Positions 27,139-37,344 are shown, numbered from the stretch's first letter. The stretch: DNA of 64,000 nucleotides from Nitrospirota bacterium (GCA_040754395.1 JBFMCL010000004.1:35013-99012), one strand, 5' to 3'. Notes: a model not told the origin generated them from the sequence alone. Numbers and translations are program-made.

Positions 27139-28041
27139 ATGCAGATAGGATATGTCGGCCTCGGAAAAATGGGTGTCAACATGGTTGCACGTCTCATCGA
27201 AAAAAGCTATGAGGTTATTGTATTTGACAAAAACCCTAATGCGTTGAAAAGCATCACACAGACCTGTGTTTCCCCTGCTCGTTCCCTGAAGTCACTCGTT
27301 CATCGATTGGTGCCCCCCAGGCACATTTGGATAATGGTACCGCACATCGCGGTTGATGCGGTAATCGGGGAGATCCTTCCCCACCTCCAAAGGGGAGATT
27401 TGATTATCGATGGAGGAAACTCTCCCTACAAAAAATCAATGAAACGTTTTTATGCACTGGATCTGAAAGGCATAGACTTTCTGGATGCAGGGGTGAGCGG
27501 CGGGCCATCAGGTGCACGGAATGGAGCATGTATCATGGTTGGAGGGAAAATCGCAGTTTTCAGAAAATGCAAAAAGCTTTTCCGTGATCTGTCATGCAGG
27601 GGCGGATTCGGCTATATGGGAGAGGCCGGTGCCGGGCATTTCGTAAAAATGGTGCACAACGGAATCGAATACGGTATGATGCAGTCGCTTGCCGAAGGGT
27701 TTTCTGTCATGAAGTCTGCTCCATTCGCGCTTGATTTATCAGGAATAGCGGATCTTTATAACCATAAGAGTGTTATAGAATCAAGGCTGGTCGGCTGGCT
27801 GAAAAAGGCGTTTGATCAGCACGGAGAAGACCTGGTTTCAATATCTGGCAAGGTCTCGCATAGCGGTGAAGGAGCGTGGACAATTGAAACCGCAAGAGAA
27901 ATCGGGATTCCGGTTCCGGTCATTGAAAATGCATTGAAGTACCGAATACAATCTCAGCGCAGCCCGTCGTTCACAGGAAAGCTTCTCTCTGCCATGCGAA
28001 ATCAATTCGGGGGGCACGATGTCTTCAGGAAATCTCAGTGA
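27139..28041 (+). CDS. gnd: 6-phosphogluconate dehydrogenase, short (about 300 aa) decarboxylating type
   Basis: MQIGYVGLGKMGVNM Rossmann start, GGNS and GAGHFVKMVHNGIEYG. Start moved from 27103 to the ATG at 27139 so that the N-terminus fits the Rossmann fold. Confidence 0.8.
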   Translation: MQIGYVGLGKMGVNMVARLIEKSYEVIVFDKNPNALKSITQTCVSPARSLKSLVHRLVPPRHIWIMVPHIAVDAVIGEILPHLQRGDLIIDGGNSPYKKSMKRFYALDLKGIDFLDAGVSGGPSGARNGACIMVGGKIAVFRKCKKLFRDLSCRGGFGYMGEAGAGHFVKMVHNGIEYGMMQSLAEGFSVMKSAPFALDLSGIADLYNHKSVIESRLVGWLKKAFDQHGEDLVSISGKVSHSGEGAWTIETAREIGIPVPVIENALKYRIQSQRSPSFTGKLLSAMRNQFGGHDVFRKSQ

Positions 28042-29884
28042 GGAGAATAAATTGATAGATACGGAGAAATTGCAAAGGATAGCAAAACTTATCCGTTACT
28101 ATATCATCTCTTCAACTGCAGAAGCGGGTTCAGGGCATCCGACCTCATCCCTTTCAGGGACAGATCTGATGACCGTACTCTTCTTCAGCGGTTTTTTCAG
28201 ATTTGATCCTGATAATCCCGAACATCCGAATAACGACAGGCTGGTTTTCTCAAAAGGTCACGCATCACCTCTGTTTTACGCGTTATGGGCAGCTGCAGGA
28301 AAATTGACGGAGCAGGAACTAATGACCATGAGGAAATTCGGCAGTCCGCTGGAGGGTCATCCGACATCTTCTTTCAGGTTTACTGAAGCGGCAACAGGGT
28401 CTCTTGGCCAGGGTCTTTCTGTCGGCCTGGGAATGGCTCTGAACGCGAAATATGTCGATAAACTGCCATATCGCACATATGTGCTTTTGGGAGACAGTGA
28501 GCTGTCAGAAGGGTCCCAATGGGAAGCAATACAGTTGGCTGCCTATTACCGGTTATGCAATCTGATCGGGATAATCGATGTAAACCGCCTTGGACAGCGC
28601 GGAGAGACAATGTACGGTCATGATCTGAATGCCTACAAGAAGCGGATTGCTTCTTTCGGATGGAAGACATATGTCATCGATGGTCATTCGTTCACGGAAA
28701 TAAGGGATGCGTACAGAAAAGCTCGCAGGTCCAGGAACAGCCCTGTAATGATTATTGCAAAAACCACAAAGGGAAAAGGCGTTTCTTTTCTTGAAGACAG
28801 AGATGGATGGCACGGCAAAGCGCCCAATATAGAAGAAGCAAAAAAAGCTATTCAGGAACTGGGAAATATCGATGCATCAGTCAGGGGAGTCATCGCGAAA
28901 CCGAAAAACCTCAGACCCGCGATGATTCTGGAAGAAAAGTCGGATGAGACTGTATATCCCATGGACATACCAGTCGCAACCCGCAGGGCTTATGGCAATG
29001 CAATTACGCGTATTTTCCCTTCATGTCCTCATATGGTAGTTCTTGATGCTGAAGTCAGTAATTCAACCTATTCCGAAATTTTCCGTCAAAAGTACCCCAA
29101 ACGTTTCTTTGAGATGTATATTGCCGAACAGAACATGGTGGGCGCAGCCCTGGGCCTTTCGCGACGTGGCAAAATACCGTTCGTTTCGTCCTTTTCAGCG
29201 TTTTTTTCGAGGGCTTTTGACCAGATCAGGATGTCCCAGTATTCAGATTCCAACATAAAGTTCTGTGGCTCCCATGCGGGTGTTTCAATAGGCGAAGATG
29301 GTCCTTCTCAGATGGGATTGGAAGATATCGCGATGTTCAGAGCCATTTCAGGCAGTGTCGTTCTGTATCCCTGCGATGCCGTCTCCACTGAAAAACTTGT
29401 TGAGGAGGCTGCAAAGCACTATGGCATAGTGTATATTCGTACAACAAGGAAGGAAACTCCCGTTCTCTATCAAAATACTGAATCTTTCCATATTGGAGGA
29501 AGCAAAATACTGAGAAGAAGCGGGAATGATCTTGCCACTGTCATCGCCGCCGGGATAACACTGCACGAAGCACTCTCTGCATACGAGGATCTCAAAAAGG
29601 AAGGTATTTATATCAGGGTAATTGATCTCTACAGCATAAAACCGGTCGACCAAGCGGCAATACAGGAAGCAATGATTCAAACAAAGGCCCTCATCACTGT
29701 TGAGGATCATTTTGCAGAGGGAGGCCTTGGGGAAGCGATAAGGAGTTCTTCCGTCAGTTTTCCGGTCCCTGTGTATTCTCTGGCCGTAAGCAAAATGCCG
29801 AAAAGCGGAAAACCTCAAGAACTTCTCGATTATGAAGGAATTTCACGTAATGCCATCACACAAACAGTAAAGGCTCTGCTGTGA
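28019..29884 (+). CDS. tkt: transketolase
   Basis: 621 aa. Has GSGHPTSSLS, the TPP motif GDSELSEGSQWEA and the pyrimidine-binding and C-terminal domains. Confidence 0.9.
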   Translation: MSSGNLSEENKLIDTEKLQRIAKLIRYYIISSTAEAGSGHPTSSLSGTDLMTVLFFSGFFRFDPDNPEHPNNDRLVFSKGHASPLFYALWAAAGKLTEQELMTMRKFGSPLEGHPTSSFRFTEAATGSLGQGLSVGLGMALNAKYVDKLPYRTYVLLGDSELSEGSQWEAIQLAAYYRLCNLIGIIDVNRLGQRGETMYGHDLNAYKKRIASFGWKTYVIDGHSFTEIRDAYRKARRSRNSPVMIIAKTTKGKGVSFLEDRDGWHGKAPNIEEAKKAIQELGNIDASVRGVIAKPKNLRPAMILEEKSDETVYPMDIPVATRRAYGNAITRIFPSCPHMVVLDAEVSNSTYSEIFRQKYPKRFFEMYIAEQNMVGAALGLSRRGKIPFVSSFSAFFSRAFDQIRMSQYSDSNIKFCGSHAGVSIGEDGPSQMGLEDIAMFRAISGSVVLYPCDAVSTEKLVEEAAKHYGIVYIRTTRKETPVLYQNTESFHIGGSKILRRSGNDLATVIAAGITLHEALSAYEDLKKEGIYIRVIDLYSIKPVDQAAIQEAMIQTKALITVEDHFAEGGLGEAIRSSSVSFPVPVYSLAVSKMPKSGKPQELLDYEGISRNAITQTVKALL

Positions 29885-29917
29885 AGCAGGGATGCCCTGA
29901 AACAATATTGTTCCCGC

Positions 29918-31525
29918 ATGATGGATAATACTTCAGACAACCTGACATACCAGCCACAGTACCAGAAGATCGGAGCATGTGAAATAGAAATTTCCAGATC
30001 GTTCTGCCTCGTGATCTTCGGCGCTGCCGGAGACCTTGCAAAGAGAAAACTCATTCCCGCACTGTATCATCTGTTCAGAGATGGACTGCTTCCCAGACAT
30101 TTTTTTCTTTTCTGTACCGACCGTCTGGAAATGAATCCCGGACAATATCGTCAGCTAATCAGAAAGTGGCTGAAGAAAATGCTTCAGGGAGATTTCACGG
30201 AGTCCCACTGGAAGAAATTCTCTAAGAGACTGTATTATTCGTCTTTCGATTTTTCCCAAACAGCCTCATACAGAATAAATCTCTTGGAACAACTTCCCAT
30301 GCTTGAGAGGAGGCACAGGACAAATGGAAACCGCATTTTTTATCTTGCGATACCCCCTTTCATTGCAGAAAAGGTCATTTCAAATATCGGGGCAACCGGT
30401 TTAGCGTCCGAAGACCGCGGATATTCCCACATTGTCGTGGAGAAACCTTTTGGCCGGGATATCTTATCCGCACAGCACCTGAACAATGTCCTGAAAAAAT
30501 ATTTCACGGAAAAACAGATATTCAGGATAGATCATTATGTTGCCAAGGAAACAGTGCAGAACATGCTCATGTTCCGTTTTGCAAACTCAATCTTCGAACC
30601 GCTATGGAACAGACGCTACATAGATCATGTCCAGGTCACCGCCTCAGAGACGCTCGGAGTTGAAAACAGAGCCGGTTATTATGAAACAGCCGGGATCATT
30701 CGGGATATGTTCCAGAGTCATATCCTTCAGCTTCTTGCTGTCGTCGCGATGGAACCCCCTGCCGCCTTCAAGGCTGATTTTGTCAGGGATGAGAAAATCA
30801 AGGTATTCAGATCGATAAGGCATATCCCCCTTGAAAATATCAGTGAATTTGTTACGCTCGGTCAGTACGGAAAAGGGCGCTTCGGCAAAAAAATAGTTCC
30901 CGGATACAGGGAGGAACCGGGGGTATCCCCTCATTCCGTCACTCCCACATTTGCCGCCATGAAGGTTTTCATCGACAACTGGAGATGGAGAGGAGTCCCG
31001 TTTTATCTTCGTTCCGGCAAACGCCTCTCGCACAGGAAGACGGAAATATCGATACATTTCAAACATGTGCCGCATCTGATGTTCTCAAGCGTCATGGATG
31101 AATATATTGAACCGAATGAGCTGATTTTCAGGTTGCAGCCTGATGAAGGCATCAGTCTTACCTTTCAGACAAAAAAACCGGGCACAAAGGTATGCCTGAA
31201 CCCTGTTCTGATGGATTTTTCCTACAAAAAGGACGTACTCCTCGATGCCTATGAGTGGGTACTGCTTGACTGCATACTCGGCGATCAGATGCTGTTTCTG
31301 CGGCAGGAGGGTGTTGAAGAAACATGGGCGTTTCTTACCCCGGCGCTGGAACAACTTGAAAAAACAGCTGCAGCATCTCATTTCCCGAACTACGATGCAG
31401 GCTCATCGGGACCCGATGAGGCGCGGGTTTTAATCGAAAATGACGGACGGTCATGGAGGCCCCTTGTCAGCGTCAAACCGGATAAACGTACAAATATTTC
31501 CAGATTTAGAGGGCATCAGCCGTAA
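29918..31525 (+). CDS. zwf: glucose-6-phosphate 1-dehydrogenase
   Basis: FGAAGDLAKRKL, EKPFG and the RIDHYVAKE active-site motif. Confidence 0.95.
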   Translation: MMDNTSDNLTYQPQYQKIGACEIEISRSFCLVIFGAAGDLAKRKLIPALYHLFRDGLLPRHFFLFCTDRLEMNPGQYRQLIRKWLKKMLQGDFTESHWKKFSKRLYYSSFDFSQTASYRINLLEQLPMLERRHRTNGNRIFYLAIPPFIAEKVISNIGATGLASEDRGYSHIVVEKPFGRDILSAQHLNNVLKKYFTEKQIFRIDHYVAKETVQNMLMFRFANSIFEPLWNRRYIDHVQVTASETLGVENRAGYYETAGIIRDMFQSHILQLLAVVAMEPPAAFKADFVRDEKIKVFRSIRHIPLENISEFVTLGQYGKGRFGKKIVPGYREEPGVSPHSVTPTFAAMKVFIDNWRWRGVPFYLRSGKRLSHRKTEISIHFKHVPHLMFSSVMDEYIEPNELIFRLQPDEGISLTFQTKKPGTKVCLNPVLMDFSYKKDVLLDAYEWVLLDCILGDQMLFLRQEGVEETWAFLTPALEQLEKTAAASHFPNYDAGSSGPDEARVLIENDGRSWRPLVSVKPDKRTNISRFRGHQP

Positions 31526-32276
31526 GGCATCGGAAATATTTCTGAATCTTTCCGAGCACTTTATTTCGCTCGCCGACCGTTTTACCATTGCGCTTTCGGG
31601 CGGCAGAACACCTTTTCTCCTGTATTCTCTGCTGGAATCAGAATATTTTCTGAATACCCTTAACTGGAAACGTATCCATTTTTTCTGGGCAGATGAGCGA
31701 TGCGTCCCGGCAAATGATCACAAAAGCAATTTCAGACTCGCCTTTGAAACGTTCCTTTCCAGAGCACCTGTGCCTGAAAAGAACATACACAGAATCAAAG
31801 GCGAAAAAGAGCCTGAGAAAGCGGCTTCGGACTATGCAACGGAGATCCGGGATTTTTTCGGTGGTTCGTATCTGCCGGTGTTTGACTGTGTAATCCTCGG
31901 CATGGGTGAAGACGGGCACATCGCTTCGATATTTCCCGGTTCTGAACTTCTTGCGGACACACTGAGAATTGCTGCTCCTGTGCATATGATAAAACCAGAA
32001 ACTGACAGAATCAGCCTGACCCTCCCTGTTCTGAATAATGCGGCACATCTGCTCGTCCTCGTATCCGGCAAATCAAAAGCTCGGGTTTTAAAGTCTGTTT
32101 TCGAAAAAAGAAATCGGAAGGTTAATCCTCCCGCACGATTTCTTAAGCCCGTTCATGGGGATATCACATGGCTGATAGACAAGGAAGCAGCACAATGCCT
32201 GTCAGATGAAAGGTCAGAGTTGCATGACAATTGTTTTCGCATCTCCGGTCAGAACAGATTGAAACAGCAAGGATGA
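31440..32276 (+). CDS. pgl: 6-phosphogluconolactonase
   Basis: LSGGRTP, WADERCVP and LGMGEDGHIASIFP motifs. The start is uncertain: ATG 31440 or TTG 31464, and both overlap the zwf 3' end. Confidence 0.85.
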   Translation: MTDGHGGPLSASNRINVQIFPDLEGISRKASEIFLNLSEHFISLADRFTIALSGGRTPFLLYSLLESEYFLNTLNWKRIHFFWADERCVPANDHKSNFRLAFETFLSRAPVPEKNIHRIKGEKEPEKAASDYATEIRDFFGGSYLPVFDCVILGMGEDGHIASIFPGSELLADTLRIAAPVHMIKPETDRISLTLPVLNNAAHLLVLVSGKSKARVLKSVFEKRNRKVNPPARFLKPVHGDITWLIDKEAAQCLSDERSELHDNCFRISGQNRLKQQG

Positions 32277-32420
32277 CCTTTGTATGGATCGTTTAAGACA
32301 TGCAACATGCAAAAAAGAAAAATGTATGAATCCTATTTATGCAATATGAAACAGATGTTGATAATTTTTTTTATCGAATGCTATGAAAAAGGTTTAAGCT
32401 GAATTATCCTTTTTTTTTGC

Positions 32421-32443
32421 GGATAAATAGACAGGATAAATAG
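32421..32443 (+). repeat. direct repeat GGATAAATAG x2 with a 3-nt spacer, upstream of the GH15 gene
   Basis: Copies at 32421-32430 and 32434-32443, about 50 nt upstream of the ATG at 32492. Confidence 0.3.
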
Positions 32444-32491
32444 AGTGGCAGGCTTTGCTGCGGCCGCTCCTGAAAGAAAGGAAAAAAACCT

Positions 32492-34531
32492 ATGCCCCGG
32501 GATATTCCGATAGGAAATGGCAAGCTCCTCATTACATTTGATCACGATTATTGCCTCAGGGATATCTACTATCCCCATGCAGGCAGGGAAAATCATACAG
32601 AAGGTCATAAATTCAGATTTGGGGCATGGTCAGAGGGACATTTTGAATGGGTGAATCGGACTACATGGGAACTTCATTTGAATTATGTCAGCGAAAGCCT
32701 TCTGACAAATGTCAATGCAACCTCTAAACCCCTTGGCATAGAACTTCAATGCCATGATGTTGTCGATTACTGGGAAAATATCTATATAAGGAAAATAATC
32801 GTAAAAAATCTCCTTGATCGGGAACGAGAAGTGCGGATATTTTTCCACCATGATTATCACATCTCCGAATCATCAACAGGTGATACAGCCTATTATGATC
32901 CTGATGAGAGGGCGTTGATCCATTACAAGGGGAACCGGTATTTTCTAATGAGTGGGATACGGCACAATGTTCAGGAGCTTGACCAGTATGCTATCGGGGT
33001 GAAGGAATTCCATGGGATGGAAGGCACTTGGAAAGATGCAGAAGACGGTATCCTCGAAAAAAACTCTATATCACAGGGCTCAGTAGATTCAACACTCTCT
33101 TTTTCGATAAAGGTATCGCCTTCCCGCAATGAGACAGTTTACTACTGGACCTGTGTTGGTGATAACTATGCGATGGTCAGCAACCTGAACAAAATGATAT
33201 CAGGTCACGGAACCGAATATTTTATCAAGCGAACGGAAAACTATTGGAAGGCATGGGTCAATAAGGACAATATCAATTTTTCACCCCTTCCCCTGAACGT
33301 GGTTAATCTTTACAAAAAAAGCCTACTTATATTAAGAACTAATATTGATTCGGGAGGGGCGATCATAGCAGGAAACGATTCAGACATACAGCACTTCGCA
33401 CGAGATACATATAGCTACATGTGGCCAAGAGACGGTGCACTCACCGCATATGCCCTTGATATGGCAGGATATTTTGGTCTAACCAGGGATTTCTTCAATT
33501 TTTGTCTTGATATCATAAGGGTGGGAAAGGAATCGGTAGGATACTTCCTGCATAAGTATAATCCCGACAAATCTCTCGGAAGCTCGTGGCATCCATGGCT
33601 GACAGACAGCAAAAAACGTCTCCCTATTCAGGAAGACGGCACAGGCCTTATCATCTGGGCATTGTGGTTTCATTTCGATAAATACAGAGATATAGAGTTT
33701 ATCATACAGCAGTACAAGGAAATGGTGATACGATGCGGAGATTTTCTTGCATCGTACAGAGAGGAAAAAACCGGACTCCCCCTGCCCTCCTACGACCTGT
33801 GGGAAGAAAAATGGGGCATTCATACCTTTACCGTTTCTGCAGTTTATGCTGGGTTAAAAGCCGCAGAGAAGTTTGCAGACTTTTTCGGTGACAAAAGAAG
33901 GAGTATCATTTACAGAAATGCTTCTGACGAAGTGAAACGGGCAATGGACAAGTATCTTTATCACAATGAACTCAAGAGATTTGTCAAAACAATACTGCCC
34001 GGCGAAGACGGATCTTTCAATATCGACTTTGCCGTAGATGCCAGCATTTATGCACCCTTTTATTTCGGAGTATTTGAACCTGATGACGAGCGCATTGTGA
34101 ATACCATGTGTGCGATCAAAGAGCGTCTCTCGGTAAAGACCGATGTGGGAGGAATAGCAAGGTATGAAGGAGATACATACCATAAGGTTACTGACGATAT
34201 GGACAAAGTACCCGGTAATCCCTGGTTTATATGTACTATATGGCTTGCTCAATGGTATATCGCGAAAGCAAAAACTCCTCAAGAACTCCGTGAGGCTATC
34301 CCTATTCTCGAGTGGGTAGCCTCACGGGCCCTGAACTCCGGTGTTCTTGCAGAGCAAGTCCACCCATATACAAACCATCCTGTTTCCGTATCTCCACTTA
34401 CCTGGAGTCATGCGAGTTTCATATCTGCGGTGTTTGAATATTTGCACAAGTTTGAAAAAATTAGTATCTGTCCGGAATGCGGAAAACCCATGTATCTGCA
34501 CAAACAGCAAAATGAAGAAACAATCAATTAA
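32492..34531 (+). CDS. glycoside hydrolase family 15 (glucoamylase / glucodextranase-like)
   Basis: 679 aa. Has the archaeal/bacterial GH15 N-terminus MPRDIPIGNGKLLITFD, the (alpha/alpha)6 catalytic region (YMWPRDGA, LWEEKWG) and WSHA. Confidence 0.85.
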   Translation: MPRDIPIGNGKLLITFDHDYCLRDIYYPHAGRENHTEGHKFRFGAWSEGHFEWVNRTTWELHLNYVSESLLTNVNATSKPLGIELQCHDVVDYWENIYIRKIIVKNLLDREREVRIFFHHDYHISESSTGDTAYYDPDERALIHYKGNRYFLMSGIRHNVQELDQYAIGVKEFHGMEGTWKDAEDGILEKNSISQGSVDSTLSFSIKVSPSRNETVYYWTCVGDNYAMVSNLNKMISGHGTEYFIKRTENYWKAWVNKDNINFSPLPLNVVNLYKKSLLILRTNIDSGGAIIAGNDSDIQHFARDTYSYMWPRDGALTAYALDMAGYFGLTRDFFNFCLDIIRVGKESVGYFLHKYNPDKSLGSSWHPWLTDSKKRLPIQEDGTGLIIWALWFHFDKYRDIEFIIQQYKEMVIRCGDFLASYREEKTGLPLPSYDLWEEKWGIHTFTVSAVYAGLKAAEKFADFFGDKRRSIIYRNASDEVKRAMDKYLYHNELKRFVKTILPGEDGSFNIDFAVDASIYAPFYFGVFEPDDERIVNTMCAIKERLSVKTDVGGIARYEGDTYHKVTDDMDKVPGNPWFICTIWLAQWYIAKAKTPQELREAIPILEWVASRALNSGVLAEQVHPYTNHPVSVSPLTWSHASFISAVFEYLHKFEKISICPECGKPMYLHKQQNEETIN

Positions 34532-34655
34532 AGCACCAGGGAAAAGATCTCTGTCGTCCTCCTCGCCTTTTGTAAATCGGACAGCTTTCCATATTGATTT
34601 CGAAAAGGGACTATCTGTGATCCATTGTCCTCACAGTCCGGAATCAAAATTTTGC

Positions 34656-34685
34656 GGCATATAATTACCTGTTCAATAATATGCC
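34656..34685. repeat. 11-bp imperfect inverted repeat (10/11) overlapping a TATAAT, upstream of the Cys-rich gene
   Basis: GGCATATAATT-8 nt-AATAATATGCC. The right arm ends 18 nt before the ATG at 34704. Confidence 0.3.
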
Positions 34686-34703
34686 GGGAAAGGAATTATT
34701 ACC

Positions 34704-34946
34704 ATGTCGAAAGTAGAAGACAATTCTGAAAATGAGACAATCTGCATCAGATTTTGTGGCACGTGCCCTTCTTACCCCGGTGTCAAGGGTGAATTGTTGT
34801 TTTGCGCGCGCGCCAAGAGCGGTTCCCCTAAACAGAAATCGGGCTGCAACTGCGGACTGTGCGATATCTGGAATAAATACGAGCTGTCCGCTTTTTACTA
34901 TTGTATAGAAGACCCAAAAAAGTCTCAAGGTACAGAAGATGCCTAA
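34704..34946 (+). CDS. small Cys-rich protein (DUF2769-like)
   Basis: 80 aa with C-x-x-F-C-G-x-C-P-S-Y, LFCA and GCNCGLCDIW motifs. GAAAGGA SD. Confidence 0.55.
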   Translation: MSKVEDNSENETICIRFCGTCPSYPGVKGELLFCARAKSGSPKQKSGCNCGLCDIWNKYELSAFYYCIEDPKKSQGTEDA

Positions 34947-34986
34947 ACATCTTTCCAATTCAAACTGACGGGCAGGGAGGCTACTT

Positions 34987-35448
34987 ATGAACATAACTGT
35001 GTTTACTCCGTTGCTCAAGTATGTGCACGGCGTTTATAATGCAGTTGTTCTGCTTTTTTTTCTTTATCAGGCTACGCTCGGGCTGAGAATAAGAAAGGAG
35101 AGATTAGCGGGGGGAAGTCCGCCGTCGGATCTCTCAAGAAAACACAGAATACTGGGACCAGTTCTGGCCTTCCTGGGCATTTCAGGTTTCTTTGCGGGAA
35201 TGACGATCGTATATATCGATGAAGGAAAGATATTTGCACGTCCTCCCCATTTCATTGCAGGTATGCTCATCACGCTGTGTATTCTTGCGGTTGTGTTTGC
35301 ATCACGGAAGATATCTGTCCGGAAACCTGCATGGAGAGACCGACATTTCATCCTCGGGATAATACTCATCCTGCTGTATCTTGTGCAGGCATTTCTTGGA
35401 ACCAGGATGCTTCTTGAGTCTGGGAAGATCACGTCTTTTCTATCCTGA
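34987..35448 (+). CDS. integral membrane protein, about 4 TM helices (DUF4079-like)
   Basis: Four hydrophobic segments. GGGAGG SD. The family call is from memory of the N-terminal pattern only. Confidence 0.5.
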   Translation: MNITVFTPLLKYVHGVYNAVVLLFFLYQATLGLRIRKERLAGGSPPSDLSRKHRILGPVLAFLGISGFFAGMTIVYIDEGKIFARPPHFIAGMLITLCILAVVFASRKISVRKPAWRDRHFILGIILILLYLVQAFLGTRMLLESGKITSFLS

Positions 35449-35806
35449 TCTTCTTTGCCCCTTTGGCCTGTCTCAGAACTGCAGGGTCGCCGAATATCTT
35501 TCCGACAAGGTTGACATCGCTTGCAGGAACCGGCTCAGAGCCTTTGCTAATCGGGGTCGGGCCAAAAAAAATCGCCAGTGCATTGCCTGGAGGCCAATAG
35601 CCGATGTCTCCAACCTTTACCTTGGTCGTAGCGGTTTCATCAAGGGGCATCTCAACCGGTATATCAAAATAGAACTCATCACCCCACTCTTCCGGGTATG
35701 ACTCTATTGGCAGCGCATCTGCTATTGCCCTTCCGGTTTTTGTATCATATAATTCAGCGTCGAGGACAATATCCTGGATAATTATTCTGATTCTTTCCTG
35801 TGGCAT
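35429..35806 (-). CDS. cyclophilin-like fold protein (TM1367-like)
   Basis: 125 aa. Has DTKTGRAIADALP...GDIGYWPPGNALAIFFGPTP, typical of the cyclophilin-like family. GAGGGA SD. Confidence 0.6.
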   Translation of the reverse strand: MPQERIRIIIQDIVLDAELYDTKTGRAIADALPIESYPEEWGDEFYFDIPVEMPLDETATTKVKVGDIGYWPPGNALAIFFGPTPISKGSEPVPASDVNLVGKIFGDPAVLRQAKGAKKIRIEKT

Positions 35807-35940
35807 GAGAAATCCCTCAATCCTTTTTCTTCACACTTTACAATTTCAATTATAGGAAAAGGATGGATATTTGGCAAACGTATGTGCGGGCGGATGTTCA
35901 ACAGCACTGCATAAAACTTCTGGCTCCTGCAATCAGCTTT

Positions 35941-37344
35941 TCAGTTATTGAGAATCCTCTTGAAATCCTCGTCTTCTGCAAGGCTTCTGAAGTCGTCATC
36001 TTCTCCGGCGGTATTTCTGTAGTCGGGATTGAGCAAAATGGCTTTTTTCAGATCTTTCAGAGCTTTTTCCTTGTCACCTGTAAAAGCATGCAGACAGGCT
36101 TTATTGTAAAGCGCATCAGTGAAATCAGGCTTGAGATAAATCGCCTTATCGTACGCCATGAGGGCATCCTCATACCGCCCGAGTCTTCCAAGGGCAAGGC
36201 CCTTGTTATACCACGCATTGTAAGAATCGGGCTTCAGCCTTATGTTATGCTCATATGCCTTCAGGGCTTTTTCATGAAGTCCGAGCTGAATCAGGGTAAC
36301 CCCCTTGTTATACCAGGTATCGGGCGAGTCTGGATTCAATTCAATCGCATTTTCGTATGCCTTGAGAGCTTCCTCATATCGGCCAAGATTCGCCAGCACA
36401 ACTCCGCTGCTGTGCCATATCCGCGCATCATTCGGCGTGAGTTCCACAGCTTTTCCGAATGATGAAAGGGCTTCCTCATACCGGTCGAGCCTTACAAGCA
36501 CAATCCCTTTACCATGCCAGGCTTTCGCGTGATACGGTTCATTTTCGAGCGTCTTTTCGAATTCTCCCAGTGCTTCTTCGTATTTGTTCATATGCAGAAG
36601 CGAAGCGCCAAGGTTGCATCGGGCAAGCGAATAAGATTGGTTCATCGTGAGTGCCTTGAGATAGTAGTCTTTTGCCCGGATAAAATCACCCTTTTCATAC
36701 TGGAAATTTCCCAGAACCACATAAGCTTTTTCATCGCCAACGGTCACATTCATATTTTTCTCGATGTCATACATTTTGTGGGAAAGTTGCGTAATAATAC
36801 CTTCTTCAAAGATGCCCCGGGGGTTTTTCCTGTCCTCTCCTGACTGCACATCAATCGCATACGGACTCATCCGTGTTTTTTCCAGTATTTCCGAAATGAT
36901 TTTTCTTATCTCGTCAGCGGTTAGGGAAAGCTGACTGTACTGTTCCAGTTTCTCCAGCAATTTTATTTGAGGAAAATTCAGATGAATCGCATTCAGCAGG
37001 CGCGCACTTTTTTTCTCAGCGTCACTCTCAACCGGTTTATTTTCCGATTTGTGTTCTTTTACAGTCCTTTCCAAATTCCGCATCTGTTCGCCCAATCCCT
37101 TCAGCTGAGGGGGAATGTTTTCAATGAATTCTTTCTCGATTTTCGCAATACGTTGCATAAGGTTAATGATGTCCTCTTTCATTTCTTCACTGTACCGTGT
37201 TTCTTTTGTAGATTCTTTCTTCTTCGCCTTTTTCCTTCTCAGATACGCAGCGAAAAGTCCGATTATACACACAAATGCAAGGAAAGCCGGAAGGATGATC
37301 CACCAGTTCTCAGTGAGTATTGTCATATCAATCAAGAATTGCAT
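35941..37344 (-). CDS. membrane-anchored TPR repeat protein
   Basis: N-terminal TM helix, a charged coiled-coil region, then about 7 tandem 34-aa TPR units (recurring AWxxKGxxLxxLGRYEEAL). Confidence 0.8.
   Translation of the reverse strand: MQFLIDMTILTENWWIILPAFLAFVCIIGLFAAYLRRKKAKKKESTKETRYSEEMKEDIINLMQRIAKIEKEFIENIPPQLKGLGEQMRNLERTVKEHKSENKPVESDAEKKSARLLNAIHLNFPQIKLLEKLEQYSQLSLTADEIRKIISEILEKTRMSPYAIDVQSGEDRKNPRGIFEEGIITQLSHKMYDIEKNMNVTVGDEKAYVVLGNFQYEKGDFIRAKDYYLKALTMNQSYSLARCNLGASLLHMNKYEEALGEFEKTLENEPYHAKAWHGKGIVLVRLDRYEEALSSFGKAVELTPNDARIWHSSGVVLANLGRYEEALKAYENAIELNPDSPDTWYNKGVTLIQLGLHEKALKAYEHNIRLKPDSYNAWYNKGLALGRLGRYEDALMAYDKAIYLKPDFTDALYNKACLHAFTGDKEKALKDLKKAILLNPDYRNTAGEDDDFRSLAEDEDFKRILNN

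Noticed and set aside
32446-32461. Sigma-54-like TGGCA...TGC element upstream of the GH15 gene, and a similar TGGCA at about 35870.
   Set aside because: The GG-to-GC spacing is 10 or 13 nt rather than the required 12. The second site has no downstream gene on its strand.
34665-35018. 117-aa minus-strand ORF covering the Cys-rich gene.
   Set aside because: The plus-strand ORF has an SD and a conserved cysteine pattern. The minus-strand product has no start context or motif.
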